From: an uncultured Thermoleophilia bacterium
GTDB taxonomy: Bacteria; Actinomycetota; Thermoleophilia; UBA2241
Direction: 5' to 3'
DNA: 64,000 bases
Assembly: GCA_963715985.1 (NCBI GenBank)
Contig: CAVQSP010000013.1
Span: forward strand, 320,001 to 384,000
Shown: one piece after another, positions 54,140 through 64,000 of the stretch
How the letters are laid out: each line of letters opens with the position of its first letter
How positions within the stretch are numbered: the stretch's first letter is position 1
Translations under genes and position numbers: made by a program
Notes under the pieces: model-generated
Told to the model about the DNA's origin: nothing
Databases searched by the model: none
Seen by the model: the letters and a program-made list of their open reading frames with translations, nothing else

Positions 54140-54822
54140 AGGGTCGCCGCCAGTTCATGGCCATCCTGCGCAAGGACCTCATCCGCGAGCTGCGCACCCG
54201 CGAGATGCTGATCAGCATGATCCTCTTCGTGCTGCTGGCGATGGTGATCTTCCACTACGCCTTCACCGTGAAGGAGGGCGCCGACCTCACCTTCTTCACC
54301 GGCGGCATGCTGTGGGTCACGTTCATCTTCGCCATGCTGCTGGGCCTCAACCGCTCGTTCGCGCAGGAGAAGGACGAGCGCTGCCTGGACGGCCTGCTCC
54401 TCTGCCCGGTCGATCGCGTGACCATCTTCCTCGCGAAGACGGCCGGCAACCTCATCTTCCTGCTCATCATCCAGGTGGTCGCGGTACCGGTGTTCACGCT
54501 CTTCTTCGTGGAGCGCAGCTACTTCGGCGACATCCTGCAGTTCCTCATCGTCCTGCTGCTGGCCGACGTGGGTATCTGCGCCCTGGGCACGCTGCTCGCG
54601 ACGATATCCATGAACACGCGCTCGCGCGACCTGCTGCTGCCCATCATCTTCCTGCCGCTCATCGTGCCGGTGCTGATCGCCGCCACCGGCGCCACGACTC
54701 TGATCTTCGCCGAGGGCGCGAGCCTCGGCAGCCTGCTCGCGCGCATCCTGTTCCTGTTAGGCTTTGACGCCGTCTTCCTGGTGGCGGCGTACGGCACCTA
54801 CGACTTCGCGATAGGAGAGTGA
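54136..54822 (+). CDS. ccmB: Heme exporter permease
   Basis: KDL..ELRTRE, LNRSF..EK...CLDGL, LLLP..FLPL. Confidence 0.92.
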   Translation: MKGRRQFMAILRKDLIRELRTREMLISMILFVLLAMVIFHYAFTVKEGADLTFFTGGMLWVTFIFAMLLGLNRSFAQEKDERCLDGLLLCPVDRVTIFLAKTAGNLIFLLIIQVVAVPVFTLFFVERSYFGDILQFLIVLLLADVGICALGTLLATISMNTRSRDLLLPIIFLPLIVPVLIAATGATTLIFAEGASLGSLLARILFLLGFDAVFLVAAYGTYDFAIGE

Positions 54823-55508
54823 GCGTGAAGAAGCTCATCAGCGCACCGTCGCTCTTCATCGGCGCCGGCATCTTCCTGATCGTCGGCCTGCTGCTCGGCT
54901 TCTGGTGGGCCCCGGTGGATTCCTCGTCGATGGGGTTCAGCCAGAAGATCTTCTACTACCACGCGCCCATCGCCGAGACGGCTCTCGTGGCCTTCGGCAT
55001 CTCCTTCGTGGCCGCCATCCTGTACCTGCGCTCCCAGGACCTGAAGTGGGACCGCCTCGGCTTCGTCTGCGTGCGCCTCGGCCTGCTCTTCAGCGTGCTC
55101 GTGATGATCACGGGCATGATCTGGGGCAAGGCGTCCTGGGACACGTGGTGGGCCTGGGAACCGCGCCTCACCACCTTCCTGCTGGTCTGCTTCCTCTACA
55201 TCGCCTACTGGGTGTTGCGCTCGGTCGTGGAGGAGGAGCAGCGGCGCGCCACCTACGCGGCGGTGTTCGCGATCATCGCCTTCATCGACGTGCCCATCAC
55301 GTTCTTCGCCACGCGCTTCCTGCCGGAGGGTCTGCACCCTGTGGTCATCACCACCGGCGACACCGGCATGGAAGGCAGCATGTTCGTGAGCTTCTTCCTC
55401 AGCATGATCGGCATGACCCTTCTCCTGGTCGCGCTCATCCGCAGCGAGCTCGTCGTCGAGGCGCTCAAGGACCGCGTGGCCGACCTCAAGCACAAGATCG
55501 GAGGCTGA
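54819..55508 (+). CDS. ccmC: Heme exporter protein C
   Basis: QKIFYYHAP, TGMIWGK..WDTWWAWEPRLT, LHP. Confidence 0.93.
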   Translation: MSVKKLISAPSLFIGAGIFLIVGLLLGFWWAPVDSSSMGFSQKIFYYHAPIAETALVAFGISFVAAILYLRSQDLKWDRLGFVCVRLGLLFSVLVMITGMIWGKASWDTWWAWEPRLTTFLLVCFLYIAYWVLRSVVEEEQRRATYAAVFAIIAFIDVPITFFATRFLPEGLHPVVITTGDTGMEGSMFVSFFLSMIGMTLLLVALIRSELVVEALKDRVADLKHKIGG

Positions 55509-55512
55509 CCCG

Positions 55513-55686
55513 ATGTCCATCGAAGAGGCTGCCAGGTTCGTTGCCGCCGCCTACGCCGTCATCCTCGCGGTGCTGATCCTGTACTTCATCATCACCGCCC
55601 GCCGGGTGAACGTCCTGAAACGCGACATGGAGTTGATCGAGCAGGAAGTGGAGCGCCGGCAGCCCGGCGAGTCGCCCGAAGGGTGA
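55513..55686 (+). CDS. ccmD: CcmD-like small membrane protein
   Basis: Manual translation MSIEEAARFVAAAYAVILAVLILYFIITARRVNVLKRD...; position after ccmC, GGAGG RBS. Confidence 0.7.
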   Translation: MSIEEAARFVAAAYAVILAVLILYFIITARRVNVLKRDMELIEQEVERRQPGESPEG

Positions 55687-55730
55687 CCCGCCGGTAGCCC
55701 CGGCGCACGCCGGAGCGCATACTCCCGCTC

Positions 55731-56558
55731 ATGGAGCACACTTCCGTCATCTTCCTCTGGGTCGCGTACCTGCTGTACGCGGGCGCCTTCGCCGTGTTCG
55801 TGGTCCAGTTCCTCACCAAGAGCCCGGTGCTCAACCGGGTGGGCCTCTGGGTGGCCGCGTTCGGCCTCGTCGGCCAGACGGTGGCGATCATCCTGCGCGG
55901 CTTCAGCGCCGGGCACGTGCCCTTCGCGGGCGCCTACGAGTCGCTGGTCATGGTGGCCTGGTCGATCGCTCTCGTGTGGCACATCCTGGAGTCGTTCACG
56001 AAGATCCGCGCCGTCGGGCTCTACGTGCTCCCCGTGGTCCTCGTGCTGCTCACCGTGGCCTGGGTGGAGTACCGGGCCCCCGCCGAGCTCGTCCCCGCCC
56101 TGCGCAGCGACATCGTCGTGCTCCACGTCATCGTGATGCTCACGGCCATCGGCTGCCTGTACGTGGCCGGCGGCGCGGCCATCATCTACCTCATCGAAGA
56201 GGCGCTGCTGCGGCGGCATCACGCCGACGGCGTGTTGGGCCGCCTGCCCTCGCTGGGCACGCTGGAGAAGCTCGTCTACCACGCCACGCTGGTGGGCCTG
56301 CCCTTCCTCACCGCCGGCATGCTCGCCGGCATCATCCGTGCCGAGACCTACAGCGTGCCGGACTGGTGGCTCGACCCCATGGTCCTCCTCGCGCTCGGCG
56401 CATGGGCGCTGTACGCGGCGCTGCTGTGGGGCAGGGTGCGCGCCGACTGGGTGGGCAGCCGCATCGCCTGGCTGGCCGTCTCCGGGCTCGTCGTCCTGCT
56501 CGTCATCCGGTTCGCCGCCGTTCCGTTCTGGAGCGGCTTCCACACCTACGGGGGCTGA
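55731..56558 (+). CDS. CcsA/HemX-like cytochrome c assembly family membrane protein
   Basis: GHVPF...YES, LHV, RLPSL..LE, DP, FH.Y tail; directly upstream of hemA. Confidence 0.82.
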   Translation: MEHTSVIFLWVAYLLYAGAFAVFVVQFLTKSPVLNRVGLWVAAFGLVGQTVAIILRGFSAGHVPFAGAYESLVMVAWSIALVWHILESFTKIRAVGLYVLPVVLVLLTVAWVEYRAPAELVPALRSDIVVLHVIVMLTAIGCLYVAGGAAIIYLIEEALLRRHHADGVLGRLPSLGTLEKLVYHATLVGLPFLTAGMLAGIIRAETYSVPDWWLDPMVLLALGAWALYAALLWGRVRADWVGSRIAWLAVSGLVVLLVIRFAAVPFWSGFHTYGG

Positions 56559-56561
56559 GGC

Positions 56562-58083
56562 GTGCTCGTCGTCGTCACCGGCATCTCGCACAAGACCGCC
56601 TCGCTCGAGCTGCGCGAGCGCCTTGCGTTGGACGAGGCCGAGTCGCTGAATCTGGCGCAGGAGCTGCTGGAGAGCGGCGTGGCCTGCGAGGCCGTCGCGC
56701 TCAGCACCTGCAACCGCACAGAGCTCTACGTGTACGCGCCGGATTCTCTGGCGGCGCGCCACGCTTGCGTGGCTGCTCTGGCGCACCACGCCGGCGTGCC
56801 GGGTCGCCGAGCTCGAGCCGAGTCTGTACAGCTACTCCGGGGACGGCGCCATCAGCCACCTGTTCCGCGTCACCTCGAGCCTGGACTCCATGGTGGTCGG
56901 CGAGGCGCAGATCGTCGCGCAGATGAAGGGCGCCTACCAGCTCGCCTGCGAGGGCGGTTGCACCAGCGTGGTCTTCAACCGCCTGTTCCGCCACGCCCTC
57001 GAGGTGGGCAAGCGGGTGCGCACCGAGACCACGATCGGCGAGCGGCCGGTGAGCGTCAGCTCCGCGGCCGTCGAGCTGGCCCTGCAGGTGTTCGGCAAGC
57101 TCAAGGACCACACCGTGCTCATCGTCGGCGCGGGAGAGACCAGCGAGCTCACGGCCGTCCACCTCAAGGCCCAGGGCATCGAGCGCATCCTCGTGACCAA
57201 CCGCACCTTCGAGACCTCTGTGGAGCTCGCGCGTCGCGTGGGCGGTGAGGCGGCGCACTTCCGCGACCTCGAGGAGCACCTGACTGCAGCGGACATCGTC
57301 ATCAGCTCCACCTCGGCGCCGCACTACGTCATCACCCGTGAGGTGGTGGAGCGGGCGCTCAAGCATCGCCGCAAGCGCCCCATCTTCTTCATCGACATCG
57401 CCGTGCCGCGCGACCTGGACCCCGAGATCAACCGCGTCAGGAACGCCTACCTGTACGACATCGACGACCTGCAGCACGTGGTGGAGCACAACCGCCACGA
57501 GCGTGAGAAGGACGCCCAGCATGCGGAGCGCATCGTCGGCGAGGAGCTGGGCAGCGTGAACGACTGGCTGCGCAGCCTCGAAGTGGTGCCGACCATCGCC
57601 ACCCTCCGCGAGGCCGTGGAGGGCATCCGCAAGAGCGAGCTCGAGCGGCTGAGCAACAAGCTCACCGGACTGACCGAGGAGCAGCGCGCCCAGGTGGAGA
57701 TGCTCACGGCGAGCATCGTGAACAAGATCCTGCACATGCCCACGGTCAAGATGAAGGAGGCCGCGGGCCGCAGCGAGTGCTACCTGTACGTGGATGCGGT
57801 GCGGACGCTGTTCGACCTCTCGGGCGGCGGCAGCGAAGAGGACGCCGCGGCCGGAGACGGCAGCGGGGCGGGCGCGAGCAGCAGCGGCGCCGCGGGCAAG
57901 GGGTCCGGTGGCGACGACGCCGCGGTGAACGGCGCCGGGCACACCGGGGACGTGGCAGCGCCGCCGGCGGAGCCCGCTGCGGCTCCCGAGGCGGCGCCGG
58001 CCACCGGCCGCGACGGCGTCGACGTCGCCGCCACCGGCGCCACCGTCCACCAGCTGCGCGGCACGGGCACGGGGCGCGCGTGA
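56562..58083 (+). CDS. hemA: Glutamyl-tRNA reductase, apparent frameshift ~56800
   Basis: GISHKTA..LRE, STCNRTE, SLDSMVVGEAQI, GAGE, DIAVPRD; long Ala/Gly-rich tail. Confidence 0.93.
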
Positions 58084-59084
58084 ATAGCCGCCGAAGTCCA
58101 GCTATCGAGCGGGACACCGAAGGGGTACCGCTCCGCGACGTCCTGCGCATCGGCTCGCGCGGCAGCAGGCTCGCCCTCATCCAGAGCGAGTGGGTGCGCG
58201 ACCAGCTGATGCGCCTGCACCCAGGGCTGCACGTGGAGATCGAGGTCATCCAGACCAAGGGCGACAAGCTCCTCGACGCCCCGCTGGCCAAGATCGGCGA
58301 CAAGGGACTGTTCACCAAGGAGCTCGAGTCCGCGATGCTGGAGGGGCGCACCGACCTGGCCGTGCACTCCGCCAAGGACATGCCGACCGAGGTGCCCGAC
58401 GGCCTCGCGATCGTCGCCTTCACGGCTCGCGAGGACGTGCACGATGCGTTCGTGGCCGGCCCGCAGGGCCGGCCCCCAGGCGTCTCTGCGATCCCCGAGG
58501 GCGCCGTGATCGGCACCTCCAGTCTGCGGCGCCGCTCGCAGCTGCTGGCCCTGCGCCCGGACCTCCAGCTTGTCGATATCCGCGGCAACGTGCAGACGCG
58601 CCTGCGCAAGCTCGAAGAGCAAGACCTGGCCGGCACCATCCTGGCGGCGGCCGGCCTCGCGCGGCTGCGGCAGCCGGAGCTGGCGGCCTTCGCCTTCTCG
58701 TTCCAGCAGATGCTGCCCGCCGTAGGCCAGGGCTCTCTGGCCATCGAGGCGCGCGCCGACGACGCGCGCGTGGCCGCACTGGTCATGCCGCTCGTGCACG
58801 AGCCGACCAGTCTGGCCGTGCGCGCGGAGCGCGGCCTGATGCACGCCCTCGAGGGCGGCTGTCAGGTGCCCATCGCGGCGTACGCCGAAGTCTCGCGCGT
58901 GCCCGGCGACCTCAGTCTCGAACAGCTCCGCCTGCGCGCCTTCGTCGGCTCGCTCGATGGCACCGACACCGTGCGCGGCGAGCTGACAGGCCCGTCAGGC
59001 GCGCCCGAGGGCCTCGGGATCGCCCTGGCGGCCGACCTGCGCGCCCGCGGGGCCGACCGCATCCTGGCGCAGGTCCGCGGGTAG
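58080..59084 (+). CDS. hemC: Hydroxymethylbilane synthase
   Basis: GSRGSRLAL.Q, KGLFTKE, VHSAKD, GTSSLRR, RGNV.TRL, GGCQVP. Confidence 0.96.
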   Translation: MNSRRSPAIERDTEGVPLRDVLRIGSRGSRLALIQSEWVRDQLMRLHPGLHVEIEVIQTKGDKLLDAPLAKIGDKGLFTKELESAMLEGRTDLAVHSAKDMPTEVPDGLAIVAFTAREDVHDAFVAGPQGRPPGVSAIPEGAVIGTSSLRRRSQLLALRPDLQLVDIRGNVQTRLRKLEEQDLAGTILAAAGLARLRQPELAAFAFSFQQMLPAVGQGSLAIEARADDARVAALVMPLVHEPTSLAVRAERGLMHALEGGCQVPIAAYAEVSRVPGDLSLEQLRLRAFVGSLDGTDTVRGELTGPSGAPEGLGIALAADLRARGADRILAQVRG

Positions 59085-59091
59085 CGGCGGC

Positions 59092-59940
59092 GTGAGCGAC
59101 CGCCGCCCGCTCGCCGGCAAGACGGTGGTCGTGACCCGCCCGCGCGAGCAGGCCGCCTCGCTGGCGGAGCCGCTGCAGCACCTGGGCGCCGACGTGCTCC
59201 TCGCGCCCACCATCCGCATCCGGCCGCGACCCTGGGACGACGAGGTCGCGGCCGCCGTCGCCGGACTCGCCGGGTACAGGCTCGTGATCTTCACCAGCGT
59301 CAACGGCGTGCGGATCTTCCTCGACTACTTGGAGGCGCCGGAGGCAGCGGCCCTCCCGGGCCGGTCCGCCGGCATGGCCGCGGCGCTGCCGTCTGCGGTC
59401 ACCGTGGCGGCCGTGGGGTCGGCCACGGCGTCCGCCCTCGAGCAGCGGGGAGTGGCCTGTGACGTGGTGCCCGACGAGTTCGTCGCCGAGGGCCTCGTGG
59501 CGGAGCTCGAACGCCGCGGCGCTGCGCCTGCGGGCACACGCGTGCTGATCCCCGCGGCCCGGCGCGCCCGACCCGTGCTGCCCGACGCGCTGCGCGCGTG
59601 GGGCGCCGAGGTCGACGTGCTGGCGGTGTACGACACGGTGGCGGCCGGGTCTCTTGACGTTCCCGTGGCGCGCCTGGCCGCCGCTGACTTCATCACCTTC
59701 ACGTCGGGCAGCACGGCACGCGAGTTCGTCGCCCTTGTGAGCGATGCCCTGGCGAACGAGGCTGCCGGCGCGGCCCTGCCCCTGGCCGACATCCTCAGCG
59801 GCGTGCGCCTCTGCTCCATCGGTCCGGCCACCAGCGCCGTGCTGCGTGAGCTGGGCCTTCCCGTGGCAGTCGAGGCGCCGGAACACACGGCGGCGGGCCT
59901 CGTGGCCGCTATCGCCGCCGCCGCCCTGCACCTCGCCTGA
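59092..59940 (+). CDS. hemD: Uroporphyrinogen-III synthase
   Basis: VVVTRPREQ, FTSVNGV, AVG.AT, VYDT, FTSGST, SIGPAT. Confidence 0.92.
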   Translation: MSDRRPLAGKTVVVTRPREQAASLAEPLQHLGADVLLAPTIRIRPRPWDDEVAAAVAGLAGYRLVIFTSVNGVRIFLDYLEAPEAAALPGRSAGMAAALPSAVTVAAVGSATASALEQRGVACDVVPDEFVAEGLVAELERRGAAPAGTRVLIPAARRARPVLPDALRAWGAEVDVLAVYDTVAAGSLDVPVARLAAADFITFTSGSTAREFVALVSDALANEAAGAALPLADILSGVRLCSIGPATSAVLRELGLPVAVEAPEHTAAGLVAAIAAAALHLA

Positions 59941-59991
59941 GCCTGCCGGCTGCTCCCCCTCGCTTCGCTGAGGCCCGGCCGGCCTGTATAC

Positions 59992-60360
59992 ATGACTGGC
60001 AACGCTTCGCTGCACCCTCCCGTTCTGGGCCGGCGCGCCCACGACCGTGTCCTCGGCGAGCAGGCCGAGCTCAGCGAGGCCATCCCGCGGCGCTGGCCCG
60101 CCATGGACCGCCCCTTCCTCGTTACTCTCTGCGGCATGTACTGGGGTTCCCCGGACGAGTACGTGCCGCCGCAGGACCCGCATCACCGCTGCGCGCCGGA
60201 CGACGTGCACTGCGGCGCCCAGCTCAATGACACGGTCTACGTGATGCCCGACGGCAGGATCATCCCGTGCCCGCGGTTCGTCGACACGCCGATCCAGGAC
60301 GCCATGCGGTCCCCGCTCGACGTCGGCCTGCCGGAGGCTTGGGAAGACTCCGCCGGGTGA
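59992..60360 (+). pseudogene. Probable fragment of a radical SAM/SPASM protein
   Basis: HCGA....VYVMPDGRIIPC (first half of SPASM/Twitch); no CxxxCxxC core. Confidence 0.5.
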
Positions 60361-60412
60361 GAGGTCGCCCGTGGACGTTGCGCCGCGGGGCGCAACGTCG
60401 TAGGTTGCCGTC

Positions 60413-61219
60413 ATGTCCCGGCCCATCTGCTTCGCCAGCGACTACGGCTACGCCGACGACTTCGCCGGCGTGTGCCGCGGCGTCATCGCGCGCCTCGCCC
60501 CGGACGTACGCGTCATCGACGTGACGCACGGCCTGCCGCAGCGCGACGTGCTCGCGGGGGCGCTGATCCTGCGCAACTCGCTGCCCTACATGCCGGACCA
60601 CGCCGTGCACCTCACGGTCGTCGATCCCGGCGTGGGCGGACTGCGTCGGGCGGTCGCCCTGCGCAGCCACGGCGACCGCTTCTTCGTGGGCCCAGACAAC
60701 GGCCTCATGATGCTGGCCGTCGCCCGCGACGGCGGCGTGGCTGAGTCCTTCGAGCTGACCAACGAGGAGCTCTGGCTCTCGCCGCTCTCCGCCACCTTTC
60801 ACGGCCGCGACGTCTTCGCCCCCGTGGCGGCGCGCCTTGCCGACGGGCTGCCGCTCGACGCGACGGGTACGCCCGTGGACATCGAGTCGCTCGCCGGGCT
60901 CGAACTTCCCGAGGTCCGCCGCCATCGCGACGGGCTCACGGCGACCGCGCTCCTCGTGGACCGCTTCGGCAACATCACCCTCAATCTGCGCGCCCGGCAG
61001 CTCGAGGAGGCCAAGCTCGGCGACGACGTCGAGCTGATCTGCGGGGCGGAGCGGTTTCTGGCGCGCGTGGCGAGCACGTTCTCCTCAGTGCGCCCCAGCG
61101 ACATCGTCGTCCTCGTGGACAGCTACGGCCAGGCGGCCATCGCCGTCAACGCCGGCTCCGCCGTGGAGGTGCTCGGCCTCGAACCGGGCGACCAGGTGAG
61201 GCTGCGCCGCCTGGGGTAG
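60413..61219 (+). CDS. SAM hydroxide adenosyltransferase (DUF62, chlorinase/fluorinase family)
   Basis: [38 protein letters not shown]. Confidence 0.93.
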   Translation: MSRPICFASDYGYADDFAGVCRGVIARLAPDVRVIDVTHGLPQRDVLAGALILRNSLPYMPDHAVHLTVVDPGVGGLRRAVALRSHGDRFFVGPDNGLMMLAVARDGGVAESFELTNEELWLSPLSATFHGRDVFAPVAARLADGLPLDATGTPVDIESLAGLELPEVRRHRDGLTATALLVDRFGNITLNLRARQLEEAKLGDDVELICGAERFLARVASTFSSVRPSDIVVLVDSYGQAAIAVNAGSAVEVLGLEPGDQVRLRRLG

Positions 61220-61267
61220 CGCCGCACCCGCCCTCGCGGTGGCCGGCGGCGCCTCACGCTGCTCGTG

Positions 61268-61296
61268 TTGCGCCGCCCGCCGGGATTCGCTATAGT
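61268..61296 (+). promoter_or_regulatory. Putative sigma-70 promoter of rplM-rpsI
   Basis: TTGCGC-17 nt-TATAGT. Confidence 0.6.
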
Positions 61297-61350
61297 TCCC
61301 CTTCGCGCGTCCGCATGGGCGCGCTTTCCGACAGCGAACCGAGTGAGCGC

Positions 61351-61785
61351 ATGAAGACTTACGTCGCCAAGCCGTCCAGCATCGAGAAGAAGTGGTACAT
61401 CGTCGACGCCAAGGGCCAAACGCTGGGCCGGCTCGCCACGGTAGTCGCCGACTGCCTGCGCGGCAAGCGCAAGGCCATCTACACCCCCAACATCGACACC
61501 GGCGATTTCGTCGTCGTGATCAACGCCGAGCAGATCGTCGTGACGGGCAAGAAGCCCGAGCAGAAGATGTACTACCACCACTCCGGCTATCCCGGCGGCA
61601 TCAAGAGCGAGTCCTACGCCAAACTGCAGGCGCGCCGCCCCGAGGAGATCGTGCGCCACGCCGTGCGCGGCATGCTGCCGCACAACAAGCTGGGCCGCGC
61701 GCAGATCCGCAAGCTCAAGATCTACGCGGGCGCGGAGCATCCCCACGAAGCGCAGCAGCCCGAAGCGCTCGAGATCAAGGAGTAA
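61351..61785 (+). CDS. rplM: 50S ribosomal protein L13
   Basis: WYIVDA..LGRLA, YTP.IDTGD, HSGYPGG, VRGMLP. Confidence 0.97.
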   Translation: MKTYVAKPSSIEKKWYIVDAKGQTLGRLATVVADCLRGKRKAIYTPNIDTGDFVVVINAEQIVVTGKKPEQKMYYHHSGYPGGIKSESYAKLQARRPEEIVRHAVRGMLPHNKLGRAQIRKLKIYAGAEHPHEAQQPEALEIKE

Positions 61786-61788
61786 GGC

Positions 61789-62184
61789 GTGTCTGATGCA
61801 GTCACCTACCGCGCGACCGGCAAGCGCAAGACCAGCGTCGCCCGCGTGATCCTCACCCCCGGCGTCGGCAAGGTCGCCATCAACGGTCGCGAGATCGACG
61901 CCTACTTCGGGCGCAAGGTCCTCGAGACCATCGCGCTCATGCCGTTCGAGACCACCCGCACCGCAGGTCGCTTCGATGTGTCGGCCAACGTGTACGGCGG
62001 CGGCATCTCCAGCCAGGCCGGCGCCGTGCGTCACGGCATCGCCCGCGCCCTGTGCGAGGCCGACGAGAACCTGCGCACGCCGCTCAAGCGCGCCGGCTTC
62101 CTCACGCGCGACGACCGTCAGGTCGAGCGCAAGAAGGCCGGCTTCCACAAGGCGCGCAAGAAGCCGCAGTTCAGCAAGCGCTAG
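61789..62184 (+). CDS. rpsI: 30S ribosomal protein S9
   Basis: [33 protein letters not shown]. Confidence 0.97.
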   Translation: MSDAVTYRATGKRKTSVARVILTPGVGKVAINGREIDAYFGRKVLETIALMPFETTRTAGRFDVSANVYGGGISSQAGAVRHGIARALCEADENLRTPLKRAGFLTRDDRQVERKKAGFHKARKKPQFSKR

Positions 62185-62209
62185 GCCGCGGCGACTCGTA
62201 CGATGTTTC

Positions 62210-62237
62210 CGGCGGGCCGCCTTCGGGCGGCCCGCCG
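62210..62237 (+). terminator. Hairpin after rpsI
   Basis: CGGCGGGCCGCC-TTCG-GGCGGCCCGCCG. Confidence 0.6.
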
Positions 62238-62415
62238 TCGTTCCGCCCCAGTGCCGGACCGGCGCATCGCCGCCGCCGGACCGGCAACCCCAGCGTCCGA
62301 GACGCGGCGATGCAGCCGCGGTGCTAGGATGGCAGCCGTCGTCGCAAGGAGTCCCATGTTCTCGCGGTCCAGGAGGAGAAGAGCCAGCGTGCCGGTGCGC
62401 AGGAACACCGCACCC

Positions 62416-62601
62416 ATGTGGAAGAAGCTCGCCGTCGTGCTGTCGGCGCCCGTGGCCGTCGTGGTCGTCGTAGGGCTCCTGCACGCCAACACGTGGAACT
62501 TCTTCCTCTTCCTCGCCGTGGTCATCGGCGTCGCCGCAGCCGCAGTGTGGGGAACGGCCAAACTCCTCGGCGTGCATCTCAGCCTCGGCAGCTGGGACTG
62601 A
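62416..62601 (+). CDS. Small two-TM membrane protein
   Basis: MWKKLAVVLSAPVAVVVVVGLL...FFLFLAVVIGVAAAAVW. Confidence 0.6.
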   Translation: MWKKLAVVLSAPVAVVVVVGLLHANTWNFFLFLAVVIGVAAAAVWGTAKLLGVHLSLGSWD

Positions 62602-62618
62602 CCCGCACCTCTCTCATC

Positions 62619-63956
62619 ATGGGCACCTACTTCGGCACCGACGGCATCCGCGGCGTGGCCGGCGAGCTGCTCACGGCGGAGTTCGCCGTCCAGGTGGGAC
62701 GTGCGGCGGCCGTGGTCCTCGCCCGGAAGGCCGGTCCGCACCCGCTGTTCGTCATCGGTCGCGACACGCGTCTGAGCGGGCCGATGCTCGAGGCGGCGCT
62801 CACCGCCGGCCTCACGAGCGGCGGCGCCCGCGTGGAGGTGGCCGGCGTGATCCCGACGCCGGGGCTCGCCGCGCTGGTGCTCCAGCGCGGCGCGGACGCC
62901 GGCGTCGTCGTCAGCGCCTCGCACAACCCTTTCGGCGACAACGGCATCAAGTTCTTCTCCTCGGCCGGGCTCAAGCTCAGCGACGAGGAGGAGGCCGAGA
63001 TCGAGGCGCACATCGCCCGCCACGACCTGCAGTCGCTGGCCGGCGACCGCTTCGGCGCGGCCGACCGGCTGGAGCGCGTGGTCGAGAGCTACGCGTGGGA
63101 CCTCGTGCGGCGCATCCCGCTCGACCTGGCGGGTCTGAAGATCGCCGTCGACTGCTCCCACGGCGCCATGCACCGGGCGGCGCCGCTGGCGCTGGCCGAG
63201 TCCGGCGCCGACGTCGCCGTCATGTTCGCCGAGCCGGACGGGGTCAACATCAACGCCGGCTGCGGCAGCACGCACATGGACGCGCTGCGGGAGGCCGTGC
63301 GCGCCGACGGCTTCGACCTGGGCCTCGCCTTCGACGGCGACGGCGACCGCGTGCTCGCCGTGGACGCCTCCGGTGAGCTGGTGGACGGCGACTTCATCAT
63401 CGCCATCCTCGCCCGCCACCTCAAGGCGCAGGACAAGCTCCGCCACGACACCGTGGTCACCACGGTCATGACGAACCTCGGCTTCCACCACGCCATGCGC
63501 CGCGAGGGCATCAACGTGGTGGTCACCGACGTCGGCGACCGCTACGTGGTGGCGGAGATGCTCAAGGGCGACTACCTGCTCGGCGGCGAGCAGTCCGGGC
63601 ACATCATCAACCGCGACGTGAGCACGACCGGCGACGGGCTCGCCACCGCGCTGCTCCTCCTTCAGGCGCTGCGGCAGATGGACGTGCCGCTGGCGGAGGC
63701 GGCTGCGGTCATGACGCGGCTGCCGCAGAAGCTGGTCAACGTGCGCGTGAAGGACAGGGACGCGCTGGGCGAGGCGGCCGCGGTGTGGGCGGCGGTGGAC
63801 GAGGAGTCCCGCCGCCTCGAAGGCAGGGGCCGCATCCTGGTGCGCACGTCGGGCACCGAGCAGCTCGTGCGCGTGATGGCCGAAGGTCCTACCACCGACG
63901 ACGTGGATCGCGCCTGCGAGCGCATCGTCGCGGTCGTCGAAGAGCACCTCGCCTAG
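62619..63956 (+). CDS. glmM: Phosphoglucosamine mutase
   Basis: YFGTDGIRG, SASHNP, DGDGDR, GGEQSGH, R.SGTE. Confidence 0.95.
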   Translation: MGTYFGTDGIRGVAGELLTAEFAVQVGRAAAVVLARKAGPHPLFVIGRDTRLSGPMLEAALTAGLTSGGARVEVAGVIPTPGLAALVLQRGADAGVVVSASHNPFGDNGIKFFSSAGLKLSDEEEAEIEAHIARHDLQSLAGDRFGAADRLERVVESYAWDLVRRIPLDLAGLKIAVDCSHGAMHRAAPLALAESGADVAVMFAEPDGVNINAGCGSTHMDALREAVRADGFDLGLAFDGDGDRVLAVDASGELVDGDFIIAILARHLKAQDKLRHDTVVTTVMTNLGFHHAMRREGINVVVTDVGDRYVVAEMLKGDYLLGGEQSGHIINRDVSTTGDGLATALLLLQALRQMDVPLAEAAAVMTRLPQKLVNVRVKDRDALGEAAAVWAAVDEESRRLEGRGRILVRTSGTEQLVRVMAEGPTTDDVDRACERIVAVVEEHLA

Positions 63957-64000
63957 AAGACCGGCTCAGGCTTGACGGTGCGTCCTTCGGCCCCGTCCGC

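Overview
Very GC-rich bacterial chromosomal window. Gene content and many apparently leaderless genes suggest an anaerobic or facultative Actinomycetota, possibly Thermoleophilia-like (inference only). Many genes carry apparent single-base frameshifts, including aroA, purD, tupC and hemA, which looks like long-read indel error. 1-30 kb is mostly housekeeping: aroA, purA/B/C/D/E, two RidA, a redox cluster (2 nitroreductases, 2 Rieske ferredoxins, glutaredoxin, ferredoxin-thioredoxin reductase catalytic subunit, SOD), rsgA, mscL, DUF853 ATPase, PEPCK-like ATPase, pabB/pabC-like, dnaB-rplI-rpsR-ssb-rpsF. The most interesting part is ~31-60 kb: two aldehyde dehydrogenases, then three Moco-family riboswitches lacking P3 (the tungsten-cofactor, Tuco-type variant). 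These head a surface protein, tupABC, and an operon of three secreted proteins built from repeated sulfite-oxidase-like (Oxidored_molyb-type) domains, two of which carry a CxxxxCH motif. Downstream lie wtpABC, mop, moaA, moaC, MOSC-mogA, a System I* cytochrome c maturation operon and hemX-like/hemA/hemC/hemD. The window ends with DUF62, rplM-rpsI and glmM. No rRNA, tRNA, CRISPR or mobile element was recognised.
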